Source of the DNA: an uncultured virus (IMG/VR IMGVR_UViG_3300020411_003822)
Lineage: Duplodnaviria > Heunggongvirae > Uroviricota > Caudoviricetes
Strand: one strand, 5' to 3'
DNA: 64,000 nucleotides
Virus record (IMG/VR): IMGVR_UViG_3300020411_003822
Shown here piece by piece: positions 9,617 through 20,800 of this stretch. Every line of letters begins with the position of its first letter. The first letter of the stretch is position 1. Under the pieces are notes generated by a model. It made no database searches, was not told the origin of the DNA, and was given only the letters and a program-made list of their open reading frames with translations. The translations under genes and the position numbers were made by a program.

Positions 9617-12600
9617 TGGCAAAAACATTCAAAATAAAGGTAGATTATGTACCTGGAGAATCTCAACAGAGAACATTCAAACGAATACAATTAGCGATTG
9701 AAGAAGCCAAAGAAAAGAATGGGGTGACAAACGCTATCGCACGACCCAACATCAGTGAAGCAGAACAAAATCTGAGTCGTAATCAAAGACCAATATTCAT
9801 CGATATTATCGAAACACGAAGTGCATCTTGGAGAACTGCAAGAAGATACAAACCCTCTCCAGCAATAGAAATTGCAGATGCACAAGGAGCACTTGATTTA
9901 GAAGCCGCAGCAAGAAAAATCACGCCCGAATTAACACCGTTCGAAATATCGCAAATAGCGGGAACCCTCGGTGCAAGAAAGGTGGCACTTGAAACCGCCC
10001 TGTACGGAAGACCTGGCCTAAGTCGAGATTTGAGAATATCTCACATCGGCGGCAGTGAATCAGACGACTCATTAGCCTCTAAAATCATAGGTTACGAACC
10101 CAATCGGGCCGCCAAGATTGATGCAGCAGCAGCAGCACATCTGAAGAATCAAATCAAAAAGACGATGCTGGATATTGGAGTAGAAGAAGGAAACGCCAGA
10201 GTGAATCAAGTCAAAGAGGTTATCGAATCCTCCTTCCGTTCAAAATACAGACTCCTGGATGAAGACATACTCAATCGGTTTACAATGATGCTAAAGGCCC
10301 ATCACGAAATCAGAGAAATGAACAAATCCTACATGATGGCAATGATGACAGGAATGCAGGGCGCAGAATTCCCCGACATATTACTTTCAATGCTTGCACC
10401 TTCTCCAGACGACTTCCTACAAGGTACAGATGCAATGGTAATCATTGATACAAAAGTCAGGCCCAATGTAGAAGGTGGGGGCTGGAGCGACATGTTCTCC
10501 CAATTTATCCTGACAGTTTGGAACAATATCCTCAATACAGGGAAACGAAGAAAACCCGTAAAGGTCACAGAAATACAAAGATCAGTAGCGGCCTTATTGG
10601 AACACTACGAATACGACAGAAAGAAAATGGTAAAGGAAATCGAACAAGCTTGCCGTGAAGCCAGGAGAAAAGGTGGTGATTTCTTAGAAGCATTCACTGC
10701 TTATCCTTACGCTGCAGATGCTGAAGCAGATGTGCAAGCAGAAGAAATCAGAGATTTAGTGATCCAAGCCGCACAAGTCGCTGATGACGAAGACCCGACT
10801 TTCCAACTGCAAATACCTGACGAAGATGAGAACGCATTGAAGTTATTCAAAGAATTAGCAGATAGAGGTATGGCAGTTCGAATTGGGAACAGTGAATACT
10901 TCATCGTCCCGATGTCGATGCCCCGATTCCAAACGCCTCCTATCGGATGGGACAGGCGTTGGATGGTATCCACTATGCGTGTTGTGGACGAGTATTGGGA
11001 ATTGATATTCAGTGATCAAGGCATTAGCCTCCACGACCTACTTTACCTGATAGCCACAAGAACTCAAGAATTATTCGATTACGCTATGGATGCTGAAGAT
11101 TTACTTCTCCTGGCCGTACTCCTTGTCGGAAACGCCGAAGAAATGCCCGAAGACGAAGAAGAAGAAGGCGAAGGCGAAGAAGAAGGCGAAGGCGAAGAAG
11201 AAGAAGGCGAAGGCGAAGAAGACGAAGGCGAAGAAGAAGAAGACGAAGAAGAAGAAGAAGAAGAAGAAATGGAAGAGGCAGTGCCCGAAGGCGATGCAGA
11301 AGTGGCAGCCCAACAACAACTTCGAGAAATGTTTGCTCGTGAAGGAGCCCAAGCCGCTGGTGAAGAAGAAGAAAGAAGGGCAAGACGCAAAGGCATACTA
11401 CCAACTGTAAGAGGTCGAGAGAGGCCACTGAAAACCATCGGAGGGCTAATCGGAATTGGCGATGCAACTTCAAAACTACGAAGTAGAGTCGCTGAGTTGG
11501 AAGACCAAAGAGAACAGATACTAAGGGTACTGCAAGTAACGGCCCGAAGATTGCAAGCAGAAGCAGATACCGCCAGGGCCGCCCTCGATATATCCTATGA
11601 CCGAGTTAATCAACTCTCAAGAGAACTTATGGAGGCGCAAAGGACAACTTCATACAACATCGCAATGCTCAAAGAACTGTTCAAGAAATACGATGTTGGC
11701 GATTTAGATTCTGTCATGGAAATTGCACAGAAAGGCGAACAAGGACTCCAAGATGCATGGGCAATTACCAAGAAGAACAGAGATATTTTCAAAAGGGCCA
11801 GGGATATGTACAAAAAGCGTCTAAGTCCAGCACAAAAAAAGAAATTAATCGATGATTATGAAAAACAGTTGCGGGCAGAAGCAGACAAACTCACAGACCT
11901 GCAAAAGCAGTTCAAGAAAGCAGCAAAAGATGCCGAAATAGAAGCAGAAAACAAAATGAAAGAGCAACTGGACAAATATGGTGCACAAGGAGTAGAATTA
12001 CAACAAGAACGAAAGAAAGCACTCGATCTTACCATAGATCTCCAAGCACTGGAAGAACGCTTGGAAGAAGAATTGCAAAAAGCCAGGCAACAAAGTGCCA
12101 CAGCAGCAAGAGACCAGGGCTTATTTCTCCAAGTTCCATTTATCGATGATGAAGATGTCAAACAACAAATGAAAAAGGTGCCGAAGAAAGTCCTTCAATG
12201 GCAAGCGGCAAATATATGGAAAATTCCCACCGAAGGACGAACTGTAAACCAACTTGTCGATGATATATTCGAAGCCCAAAATAAGTTCCACGATGGAGAA
12301 ACAGTTCCCAAAGAAACACTACCAATTGATAGTAGAAGGGCCAGAAGAAAATCTGCTAAGCCCATCGCAGACATTCACATCACGAGAGCAGACGGCACAG
12401 GCACAGAGTTAGGATTGGTAACTGCTGAAGTTATGATCGGTGTAAACATCGTCAGCGACATCAAGACAGGTGTAAGGGACTTGTTCGGTGGTCGAGCAAA
12501 GTCCGGTGAAGTAAAACTTCAGAACGCAATGAACATACTTGTAGCAGAACTGAAAAGCAGGGCTGCAGATATGGGCGCAACTCACATTACCAATTTCCAT

Positions 12601-13347
12601 GCAGAACCATTTGCTTACGGTTCTTATGGATCTATTATTGCAATCTACGGATTCGGAGTCGCACGGAAGGGAGGCAAAAAGAAAGCAAAATCAAATCCGC
12701 CCATGTATTTTGATGCTGACGAAAATGACAGCGATGTATATGTGGTGTCCAACGCCTTCCTATCTCAAATCTTAAACTCCTCAGATGTCTTGAAAACTCT
12801 TGAATCCCGTTTCAAGAAGGGGGCCAATCTTGACCTTCTATTCGAAGATGCACTTTCAGCAGCATACCAACGACAAATTATTGCCGAACGAACAGGCAAA
12901 GGTGTGGAAAAAGCATTTAGTGATGCTCAAAAGGTGGAAGATGCGATTGTCTTAGCACATGCTACATACCAACGAGGCATCACGAAAAAACCATACTTGA
13001 AATCCACTCCGGCGGAGATAATTGATGAGGCACAGTTGGATGCAAAGGTGGCGCAAGGGGTTCGCGTTGCATCATCCAAACCAAAGAAAACCTACAAAGG
13101 AATGGAAATCACTGGAAAGAAAGGAGCATGGGAAGTAGAAGCTTACGGAAGAACATTCAAAACATTGCAACAAGCAAGGGATTTCATTACAAAGAAAGCA
13201 AAGGGATCAGCAAAACCAAACCAAAGATGCCCTATGGTGTTCAAAGGAAAACAGTGTACAGGGATAGTGGTAGCAATAACGCCTAAGACAAATCCTCACA
13301 ACACCTGGAAATGCAAAGAATGCAATCACAAGTTTAGGGAGGCCTGA
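9616..13347 (+). CDS. Multidomain protein: Glu-rich tract, coiled coil, YbjQ/UPF0145-like domain, NPP linker, C-terminal Zn ribbon
   Basis: LGLVTAEVMIGVNIVSDIKTGVRDLFGGRA...A..MGA matches the YbjQ pattern (about 12400-12665); KSNPP at 12694; CPM..C..CKEC at the end. Confidence 0.85.
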   Translation: MAKTFKIKVDYVPGESQQRTFKRIQLAIEEAKEKNGVTNAIARPNISEAEQNLSRNQRPIFIDIIETRSASWRTARRYKPSPAIEIADAQGALDLEAAARKITPELTPFEISQIAGTLGARKVALETALYGRPGLSRDLRISHIGGSESDDSLASKIIGYEPNRAAKIDAAAAAHLKNQIKKTMLDIGVEEGNARVNQVKEVIESSFRSKYRLLDEDILNRFTMMLKAHHEIREMNKSYMMAMMTGMQGAEFPDILLSMLAPSPDDFLQGTDAMVIIDTKVRPNVEGGGWSDMFSQFILTVWNNILNTGKRRKPVKVTEIQRSVAALLEHYEYDRKKMVKEIEQACREARRKGGDFLEAFTAYPYAADAEADVQAEEIRDLVIQAAQVADDEDPTFQLQIPDEDENALKLFKELADRGMAVRIGNSEYFIVPMSMPRFQTPPIGWDRRWMVSTMRVVDEYWELIFSDQGISLHDLLYLIATRTQELFDYAMDAEDLLLLAVLLVGNAEEMPEDEEEEGEGEEEGEGEEEEGEGEEDEGEEEEDEEEEEEEEMEEAVPEGDAEVAAQQQLREMFAREGAQAAGEEEERRARRKGILPTVRGRERPLKTIGGLIGIGDATSKLRSRVAELEDQREQILRVLQVTARRLQAEADTARAALDISYDRVNQLSRELMEAQRTTSYNIAMLKELFKKYDVGDLDSVMEIAQKGEQGLQDAWAITKKNRDIFKRARDMYKKRLSPAQKKKLIDDYEKQLRAEADKLTDLQKQFKKAAKDAEIEAENKMKEQLDKYGAQGVELQQERKKALDLTIDLQALEERLEEELQKARQQSATAARDQGLFLQVPFIDDEDVKQQMKKVPKKVLQWQAANIWKIPTEGRTVNQLVDDIFEAQNKFHDGETVPKETLPIDSRRARRKSAKPIADIHITRADGTGTELGLVTAEVMIGVNIVSDIKTGVRDLFGGRAKSGEVKLQNAMNILVAELKSRAADMGATHITNFHAEPFAYGSYGSIIAIYGFGVARKGGKKKAKSNPPMYFDADENDSDVYVVSNAFLSQILNSSDVLKTLESRFKKGANLDLLFEDALSAAYQRQIIAERTGKGVEKAFSDAQKVEDAIVLAHATYQRGITKKPYLKSTPAEIIDEAQLDAKVAQGVRVASSKPKKTYKGMEITGKKGAWEVEAYGRTFKTLQQARDFITKKAKGSAKPNQRCPMVFKGKQCTGIVVAITPKTNPHNTWKCKECNHKFREA
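11152..11270 (+). repeat. GAA/GGC/GAC low-complexity repeat encoding an E/G/D acidic tract
   Basis: (GAA)n runs with GAAGGCGAAGGC units. Confidence 0.9.
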
Positions 13348-13352
13348 GCAGC

Positions 13353-13706
13353 ATGCATACCCTATACAACGACAATATGGGATACCCAATAACCCCGTTC
13401 AATAATCTCATGGACAGGAGGATGGATACTTCAAGAATGTTTACCACTCGATTGACCAGCGATGAACTTCCAACCCGCACTGGTAATGGCCATCTGCATA
13501 GAATCGACTCTATCGATAAACACCTCCATGAATGGTTTCTCAGTCACCTAAACACTCATCATACAGATATTGATGGCCATCTTCACAATCATGAGTATTC
13601 ACAAAATATTAATCAAAACCCATCAAACGAACCTAATTGGCTTCCAGGATTGGTGGGGGCAGGCATTCTTATTGGATTTCTTGGCATTGCGTGGGGTGTG
13701 TTCTAA
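13353..13706 (+). CDS. His-rich small protein with C-terminal membrane anchor
   Basis: Many His residues in the middle; NQNPS then WLPGLVGAGILIGFLGIAWGVF. Confidence 0.75.
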   Translation: MHTLYNDNMGYPITPFNNLMDRRMDTSRMFTTRLTSDELPTRTGNGHLHRIDSIDKHLHEWFLSHLNTHHTDIDGHLHNHEYSQNINQNPSNEPNWLPGLVGAGILIGFLGIAWGVF

Positions 13707-14332
13707 TGCGTAAATCCTCAACATGGGAGATGACAATCTACGAAGAAGAAGACGACATACTGGAAGTTCAATTGAAAGGGCCTTCAAAAAAGATTGATGA
13801 CCTCATCCTTCTGGAGATTTTGCTACGGGGGCTCAAGGCGTGGGATACAGATGTTGATTTCAAGGAAGGTAAGATGCCGAAAGAGATCACAAAGACATGG
13901 ATAATGCCCTTGTCTCGCGTTAAAGCAAAATTGAATCCAATCAAAGGCAAGAAAGTAGCCAGTAAAGAAGAAGTCAAGGACTTCGACCACGCAATCAAAC
14001 TATATCGAGAGTTCAACGGAGTAGAACCCACAGAAATAGTGATGGCAAAAGTATGGCTGCCTGATGAACAAAGCCCCCTTGTTGCATTAGGGGAAGGCGA
14101 GTGCCCATTCGTAGGCTATACCTCAGGGAAAACTAACAAAAAAGGAGAGTTGGATACTTACATTCACCATTTTGGAGAAGATGATGACGGCAAAATTACG
14201 AAAGAAAGGCCGAGAATTTATGTGACTGTACCTCCTAAGGGTCACAAACCTGTTATCATGATAATGGGTGGAGAGTTCGACATAGAAACCCGTCTAACAG
14301 GCGGTCAAGAATTGAAATGGTTGGTGGGATAG
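13706..14332 (+). CDS. Hypothetical protein; globular domain follows an NP motif
   Basis: TAATG coupling gives ATG at 13706; KLNP then AIKLYREFNG...LVALG...YIHHF...IMGG. Confidence 0.8.
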   Translation: MRKSSTWEMTIYEEEDDILEVQLKGPSKKIDDLILLEILLRGLKAWDTDVDFKEGKMPKEITKTWIMPLSRVKAKLNPIKGKKVASKEEVKDFDHAIKLYREFNGVEPTEIVMAKVWLPDEQSPLVALGEGECPFVGYTSGKTNKKGELDTYIHHFGEDDDGKITKERPRIYVTVPPKGHKPVIMIMGGEFDIETRLTGGQELKWLVG

Positions 14333-14530
14333 ATGATAGATGAAATCCAAAAAGAAGGCAGATCGTTGATTAACAACATGAAAGAAACAAGTAAAGAGGC
14401 AATTTACGGTCCTGTAGGGATGGTTAGCAATCCCTTGAGATTCATATTCTACGCAACTGTCCTCGGCGCATCCCAATTGTTAATCTTTCAAGTCATCAAT
14501 GGATCAATCAATCGCGCAATGGACAAGTAG
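14333..14530 (+). CDS. Small membrane protein
   Basis: Abuts the previous stop; VSNP then a hydrophobic helix. Confidence 0.7.
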   Translation: MIDEIQKEGRSLINNMKETSKEAIYGPVGMVSNPLRFIFYATVLGASQLLIFQVINGSINRAMDK

Positions 14531-14544
14531 GCAGGGGATTTTGT

Positions 14545-17500
14545 GTGGCTGATGAAATTGATGAAGGCGTAAGAATTGCCCTCCTATCCGCAACAGACCA
14601 CATCTTATCGTTCGTTCACACACCCGCAGTATTTGATGGAGAGGTCGGCCAAGTTGGAGAAACCCACATATTGTACAGAAGGGCCGGAGACGGAAACCTC
14701 ATTCCAGATTACGACACAACACAGATCGACATTGATAGGAACAAAGAAGTTGCCGAAACCCTACAAGGCAAACCTGTTTTACCAACATCTGATATTATGA
14801 CTGTTGCGTATTATGTGAAATGCTACCACGGAAGACTCATACAGAATGCGAGAACAAGGGCAACTATTTGGTTTCAAATGGATGCTCAAGCACGAAGAGA
14901 ATACCGTGACCAACTTGAGAACGATGGCGGTTCTCTCGCCCTGGGCAAGCATGTCATTGGACCAACGCGTCTGCTCCGTAGTAGCGGAATATCCAACTTC
15001 AAAGATTTCGGGGGAGAGCAATACAGAGTGGAACATAGGCAACCCTTCATGGATACACAAGCACAAAGCGTATGGTTTCCAGGTTTAGCCAACAAGTTGG
15101 AAGGTCTACCGAAGAAGGTCAAGAACAACAAAGCCCTATTCGAAAGAATACAAAAACTGGCAAAAGTAGTGAAACCAATCAAAAATATGAAAGAAGGAGA
15201 ACTATACAAACCAAACGAAATCACGCCATTAACAGAATACTACTTGATGAGATACATGGCTCCGTGGCTAATCAATCAAGGTTATGTCGGAGAAGCAATG
15301 CCTACGACAATCACGGACGATGAGGGTAGACAGAAAACAATTCTCAGAAAAATAGAGATAGACAAAGTACAAACCCACGAAGAATTTGACACCGAAGTCG
15401 AAACACTCCTAACTTCACTTGCATATGAAAGCGGCACTCCAATAGATGAAATGTTCGCCTTTGAAAGAATCAGGACAATTTACAACTATCCAGAGGATTA
15501 TCACGAAACACACTACATGCCGGTTCAAGGTGATCACATCGAAGGTCATTACAGACAACCAAACCCGAAGAATGAGAATATGGAGATAAGCTACGGGATA
15601 TTACAAGAAATGTATGCGTCAATGTCCCCTGCTAACAGAAAGAGTTTCATCGAACAAACAAAAAAGTGGGTACTCGACACGATGCCTAAGAGAAAATACA
15701 GGCGAAAAACAAGTGGGCCCGAAGATGGAATAGCATTAGGTCCTGGACCCGCAACCATGTACTTACCCGTAGATCACGATTCAAGCCTGAAAGCAGCAGA
15801 AGCCGCATTAGTGTGGGTCGAAGAAACAGAAGACGAAAGGGCCTTCCAACAAGAATTCACGCTCAAACTGCCAACTGACCTATCGGAACCAAAAAAGAAA
15901 GAGAGAATAAGCGAAGGTGCAACAATTGTTGTACCAGGAATCATTTTACTGCTGGCGGAATTAAGGGGTGGACACACTTTCTATGATTCGATTGCAGAAA
16001 CAGAAACAACTCACACAGCCGATTTGGACAATAGAGAAGGATACAGTTACCTCAGAAGATTAATGACAACAACTCAGATGCCTGGACTCGTCAGAGAAAG
16101 GGACTTTGATGCAACAGTGGCACACCAAACTGAGGCTCTAATACAAATTCTCCAAAATCAATACGAAGGAGTCTACCAACCAATCAATGAAGATTCTGCA
16201 AGGTTCATCCACATGGACAGCGATGGCATTATGAGTACACTAACCGTTAATCCAGACACAATCCAAAAAATAATTGGTCTCGGAAAATTACAAAGTGAAC
16301 TTGGTAATTTCATAGAAGGCGAAGAATACGCAAGCGACATAATTGGCGGGATAGAATGCGCAAACATTGGGAAAAACACGATTCACAAATACAAAGACAA
16401 CAACGACAACGAAATAGAAGAAGAAGCAGTTGCCGCTTTCGCTGAAGAAACTGGACTTAGAATGAGAAAACCACAAAGATTCGGAGCAAAGGCGTTCAAT
16501 GCGCTCGGTTACTTGGTCGAAGACCAGATGATAAGATCAGCCCAACAAGCAGCCAGGACAACTAAGATGCCGAAAAGTTCTGATTTCGACAAAATGGTAG
16601 CCGCCCTAATCGGTTCTCCTAAACACCCTGGACTGGCAGTATCACATGCAGCCCTACATTTCCAAAAATTGTATGTCCAAATGAGATCTCCAATCGCCAA
16701 ATGGGATATTATTGAAGAAGAACGATTTGCAGAAGGGACATTCCTCGCTCTCGAATCGTTTCTCGACAATCCCGCTTTGAAGGCCCTATACTGGATGCTG
16801 AACGAAAGAGGATACATCTCGATTGGTAATTTTGAAGGCACCAGGCCGTCTTTCTTCCAAGTCCCAAAGTCGAAAGCATCGTCTGAAGCAACATTCACCG
16901 GTTTGAAAAATGCCTTCGCATCAGTCGTAATTGGATATTACCGATTACTATTCGCACAAATTAGACAAAGAATAGTATTCGTAAGGTCGGGTGCTGAAGG
17001 TGCGAAATCAGGGCCAGAAACCATCGATTTGAAGAAATACTGGAAGGAACTAATGAAAGATGCCAGCGTATCTGCACCAGACCCAGCCATATTTGGAACC
17101 GTCTTGAGATTCTTTTCTCAAGGAGATAGTGGAATAAAGCCGGTGATAAGAATACCCACATGGATGCCGGTTATGCCAGAAACCCTCCGTGATGCCAAAG
17201 AAACAAAGGGAGATCCCAACATGGTAATCAATTATCTCAAATGGGCTTACGGTAGCGACCCCGTAGATATGGAAAACTTCTCCGAAGTTGCTGCAGCATA
17301 CCACAGCGCAAAGGCGTTATCCTATCACACAGATTACCCTCACATGGTTGAAAGATTTGTCAATGCAGTTGCCGAGGACAAAGGTTCTGCATTCCTCTTC
17401 GCAATACTTCTCAATGAATCCCAACCTGATTTGAGTCCAGAACGAATTGAAGGAACACGAGTAGATGTTGGCGTGGTTAATTTCATGACCGGTTCAGGAA

Positions 17501-17880
17501 ACCCAGAACAACAAGCAGTTCAAGAGGCATTGAGGGCGGAACCACCCGCACAAAATGAAGATGTAAGGAGTGTATACGATGAACTAATGGCAAGAATACA
17601 TGCCTTCGAATTACCTGAAGACGCAGATCAGAATGTAATCATCGGACTTCTCAACGATTTCAGAATAAATATGGCGGCGGCATTTGAAAACGCCGACCCT
17701 AATGACCCGCAAGCAAACTATGAAGCTCTGGTTACAATCTATGACGCTAAAGCAGAAAACCTTGACCTACAAGGATTAGCAGATAATAATCAAATCCGAA
17801 CACTGGTTGAAGCCGGAGAAATAGAAAGAACAATTGAACAACTTCGGGTGCCAGTTGGAGAGTTGGCTGAGGAGGAATAG
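14545..17880 (+). CDS. Large hypothetical protein (1111 aa)
   Basis: Long ORF, GTG start after AGGGG; no family recognised. Confidence 0.85.
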   Translation: MADEIDEGVRIALLSATDHILSFVHTPAVFDGEVGQVGETHILYRRAGDGNLIPDYDTTQIDIDRNKEVAETLQGKPVLPTSDIMTVAYYVKCYHGRLIQNARTRATIWFQMDAQARREYRDQLENDGGSLALGKHVIGPTRLLRSSGISNFKDFGGEQYRVEHRQPFMDTQAQSVWFPGLANKLEGLPKKVKNNKALFERIQKLAKVVKPIKNMKEGELYKPNEITPLTEYYLMRYMAPWLINQGYVGEAMPTTITDDEGRQKTILRKIEIDKVQTHEEFDTEVETLLTSLAYESGTPIDEMFAFERIRTIYNYPEDYHETHYMPVQGDHIEGHYRQPNPKNENMEISYGILQEMYASMSPANRKSFIEQTKKWVLDTMPKRKYRRKTSGPEDGIALGPGPATMYLPVDHDSSLKAAEAALVWVEETEDERAFQQEFTLKLPTDLSEPKKKERISEGATIVVPGIILLLAELRGGHTFYDSIAETETTHTADLDNREGYSYLRRLMTTTQMPGLVRERDFDATVAHQTEALIQILQNQYEGVYQPINEDSARFIHMDSDGIMSTLTVNPDTIQKIIGLGKLQSELGNFIEGEEYASDIIGGIECANIGKNTIHKYKDNNDNEIEEEAVAAFAEETGLRMRKPQRFGAKAFNALGYLVEDQMIRSAQQAARTTKMPKSSDFDKMVAALIGSPKHPGLAVSHAALHFQKLYVQMRSPIAKWDIIEEERFAEGTFLALESFLDNPALKALYWMLNERGYISIGNFEGTRPSFFQVPKSKASSEATFTGLKNAFASVVIGYYRLLFAQIRQRIVFVRSGAEGAKSGPETIDLKKYWKELMKDASVSAPDPAIFGTVLRFFSQGDSGIKPVIRIPTWMPVMPETLRDAKETKGDPNMVINYLKWAYGSDPVDMENFSEVAAAYHSAKALSYHTDYPHMVERFVNAVAEDKGSAFLFAILLNESQPDLSPERIEGTRVDVGVVNFMTGSGNPEQQAVQEALRAEPPAQNEDVRSVYDELMARIHAFELPEDADQNVIIGLLNDFRINMAAAFENADPNDPQANYEALVTIYDAKAENLDLQGLADNNQIRTLVEAGEIERTIEQLRVPVGELAEEE

Positions 17881-17882
17881 CC

Positions 17883-20800
17883 ATGAAGGAACTACCCCCA
17901 ATGCCTGAGGTGGCTGCATGGATTCTCAAAAGCGAGATTAACAAATACCCAAACATCTCGGAAGCAGATGTCGCAAAGCGTTCCAAAAACAGAATCCTCA
18001 CACGCAGGGGAGGTAAAGGCCAATTTCTAACAACAAGTACACAATACTGGATGGCTAAACTTCAAGGTGGAGGCGGTGTTGGAAAAAACTCAACCTTGCC
18101 TCTCGGACACACAACAATGGATAAACAGCAAAGTTGGCGAGAAGGTTTTCACACAAGCGGAGATCCTGTTATCATCCCAGAACGAGATTATCCAGGTTTA
18201 GAATTAGAGGAAATTGCATCTCTATTTGCTGCACAGTCGATATTACTGTACCGCACCGAAACAAGGGGCAGTAACATTGGCCCCGACATTTCCGCTTTAG
18301 AAGACACCGAGCCCCTTACTGCCATCAACATAGGTGAAAATGCCAACCTCGACATTTTGACTGAGCAAAGGAAAAAAAGAGAATCATACGCAAACAATGT
18401 TCTTAGAAGCATAAAGCATTCAATACCTGAGAGTAAAGCAATCAGATTCAACAACTCAAGGGGGAGAATACATGGCTTACACGCAGTTAATTTTGGAGTT
18501 GGCACAGAATTAGTTGGACTCGGTCTTGAACTCCCTAAACCAAACGCACCAACCAACTTGGTAGCAATAAATGTCGAAAATGTAGAACTCACAAGTAGAA
18601 AGGCACTATTCCTCCAAACAGTAGAATTGTCTGAACTAATTGCAAGAGAAATGCAAACTGTAACATTGCCATGCACAAAAGGAAAGCAGACCATCATTTA
18701 CATTGGTGGTGGCGCATTAGGGGGCATAAGCTACAACGATGTCTATGACAAACTCGCACAATTAGGAAAATTGGTCGGTCACGCCGCACCAAACAGCGTC
18801 ATAGCGTTCAAAGACATAGCATTCAAAGAAATGGGAATCAAAGTATCCAGGGAATCTTTCACAAGAAGAAACGAAGATGTTCTACAATTACCTCTTTCTC
18901 TGGACATCTATCCAGCCAAAGAAAAAACATCAATGAATAGACCGTATCAAGGCTCTCAAGAATTAGGCATGGAGTTCGGACAATCCGGATTATCAATCAC
19001 GCCAATAGGAGATGCAACATTATTCGACCCCAATTTTGACGATCATCCCAGTATAGTCCAATACAGAATGAATCAACTGGTTCCAACAGTCATAGAATTC
19101 TTACGCATATCAAGGGTGGCCCCGCCAGCCCTCGATGTGGAGCCATACTTGGTTAAACCCAACAATCTATGGAAGAAGATGAGGGCAGAAAATGCCAAAA
19201 TCAAAGAAATCAAACAAGAGGAACTCGAATACGCAATAGATGCCTTCTCCATTGTAAAGGGCCACGAAGTAGCAATCGAATACGAAAACGGACAGGCAAC
19301 AATGCACATGAGCAACGAACTTTCACTTACAGGAATACCTCAAACCAATGACTTCGAACAATATTGTAGAGCAGAAGGAATCAAAACGATAGCAGTCAAG
19401 GGGATTCTTTGTCCAACAGACGGAAATTCCTATGGGTTAGTGGACGATGCACTGAAAATCGAAGAGATTACAACTGATCTAACAGAAACGCTCAATATTT
19501 TCATGCCTCTTGAAGTGCAGATATACAGGGTAATGGAGGGAGAATCATTCCAACAAATCAGAGGATTGGCCTACCCTCACGCAAAAATTGCCCGCAACAT
19601 TAGCACAGAATCTGGCGGAACAAATTTTGCTGAATTAATCAATGACGAACTCGACACAGGCTACGCTACCAGAATCCTCTTGGAACTACCCGACAATGTT
19701 GAAAAAAACCTCTATTCAGAACAAGTACTTGATGCCGCAATCATCGGATATGATCTCGATGGAAAAAATCCAAGCAACGGGATTATAGGAAAGGTAATCA
19801 TTGCTCTGTTGAGTCGAGAAAAAATCCGAGTTGAAAAAGGCGGAAAGATGCGAACAATAAATGCAGAAATATACAACCCAATCGGTGTAGTAGGCGCATT
19901 TGCGGGATTTGAAATAGACGCGAAAAGGCAGATTCTACAACATTTGATGAAGCATTCAACACACCCCGATTATGATGAAGGATACATCATGGTTAATCCA
20001 GAAGATGCAAACATGGTCGTTCGTGTAATGCATAAAGGAATACAAACGATGAAGCCTCAAAAAAAATACCGCTTGATTACAACAATGGATGCTTACAAAG
20101 AGAAAAAACCGACTTGGCGAACTACCGCAGACATGAATATCGAACGCCTTGATTATGGCGGCACTCCCGAAGTAGTCCCAGGAAATACCCAATTAGTAAG
20201 CATGGGCATTGATGACTTGCCCACATTAAGAGCCCCAACGATTACTGCTCTCGTATCAAAGGTAGATGGCTTCGAAGAACATTTCATAGAAAAGGAGGAC
20301 AAATACTCGTCCAGGTGGAGTTCACAATCAGAAAAATTGACCTTCAAAGCACCGATAGAACAACTAATCAAAAATGCCCCCTCAAGAGAATATCCAGGAG
20401 GAGACGCTCAATACATGATGGATGGAATCTTACTTGGTTCCCTAACTCACATCAGTGCAGATGGTAAGAAAAGGATCACACTTGCCAACTGGCAACAAAA
20501 ATACCCTGAATTAGCAGCAAGGCTGGAAGAAGCCAAAAACCGAGGTTGGACTGTAGTAATGCCAAACCCTCCATCATACCCAAACTCAGAAGCAGAATCA
20601 GAAATCGTTTTGGAAAAAATGAAGAATCCAGATTTGGAATACTTCAAGCTAACAGACAAATCTCCCTATCCCGCATTCAAAGAATACCTCGATGAACATA
20701 GTTTGGAACACGAAAAAGAAGCCTTAACGAAAATCATCAAAGACACACAAGCGTTCATAATGAAACAAAAAAATCATTACAATCGCCCAAGACCTGCTGA

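Noticed and set aside
11079..11473. Lys-rich, Phe-rich, Ser-rich and Leu-rich ORFs
   Set aside because: Alternative-frame artefacts of the GAA repeat inside the 1243-aa gene.
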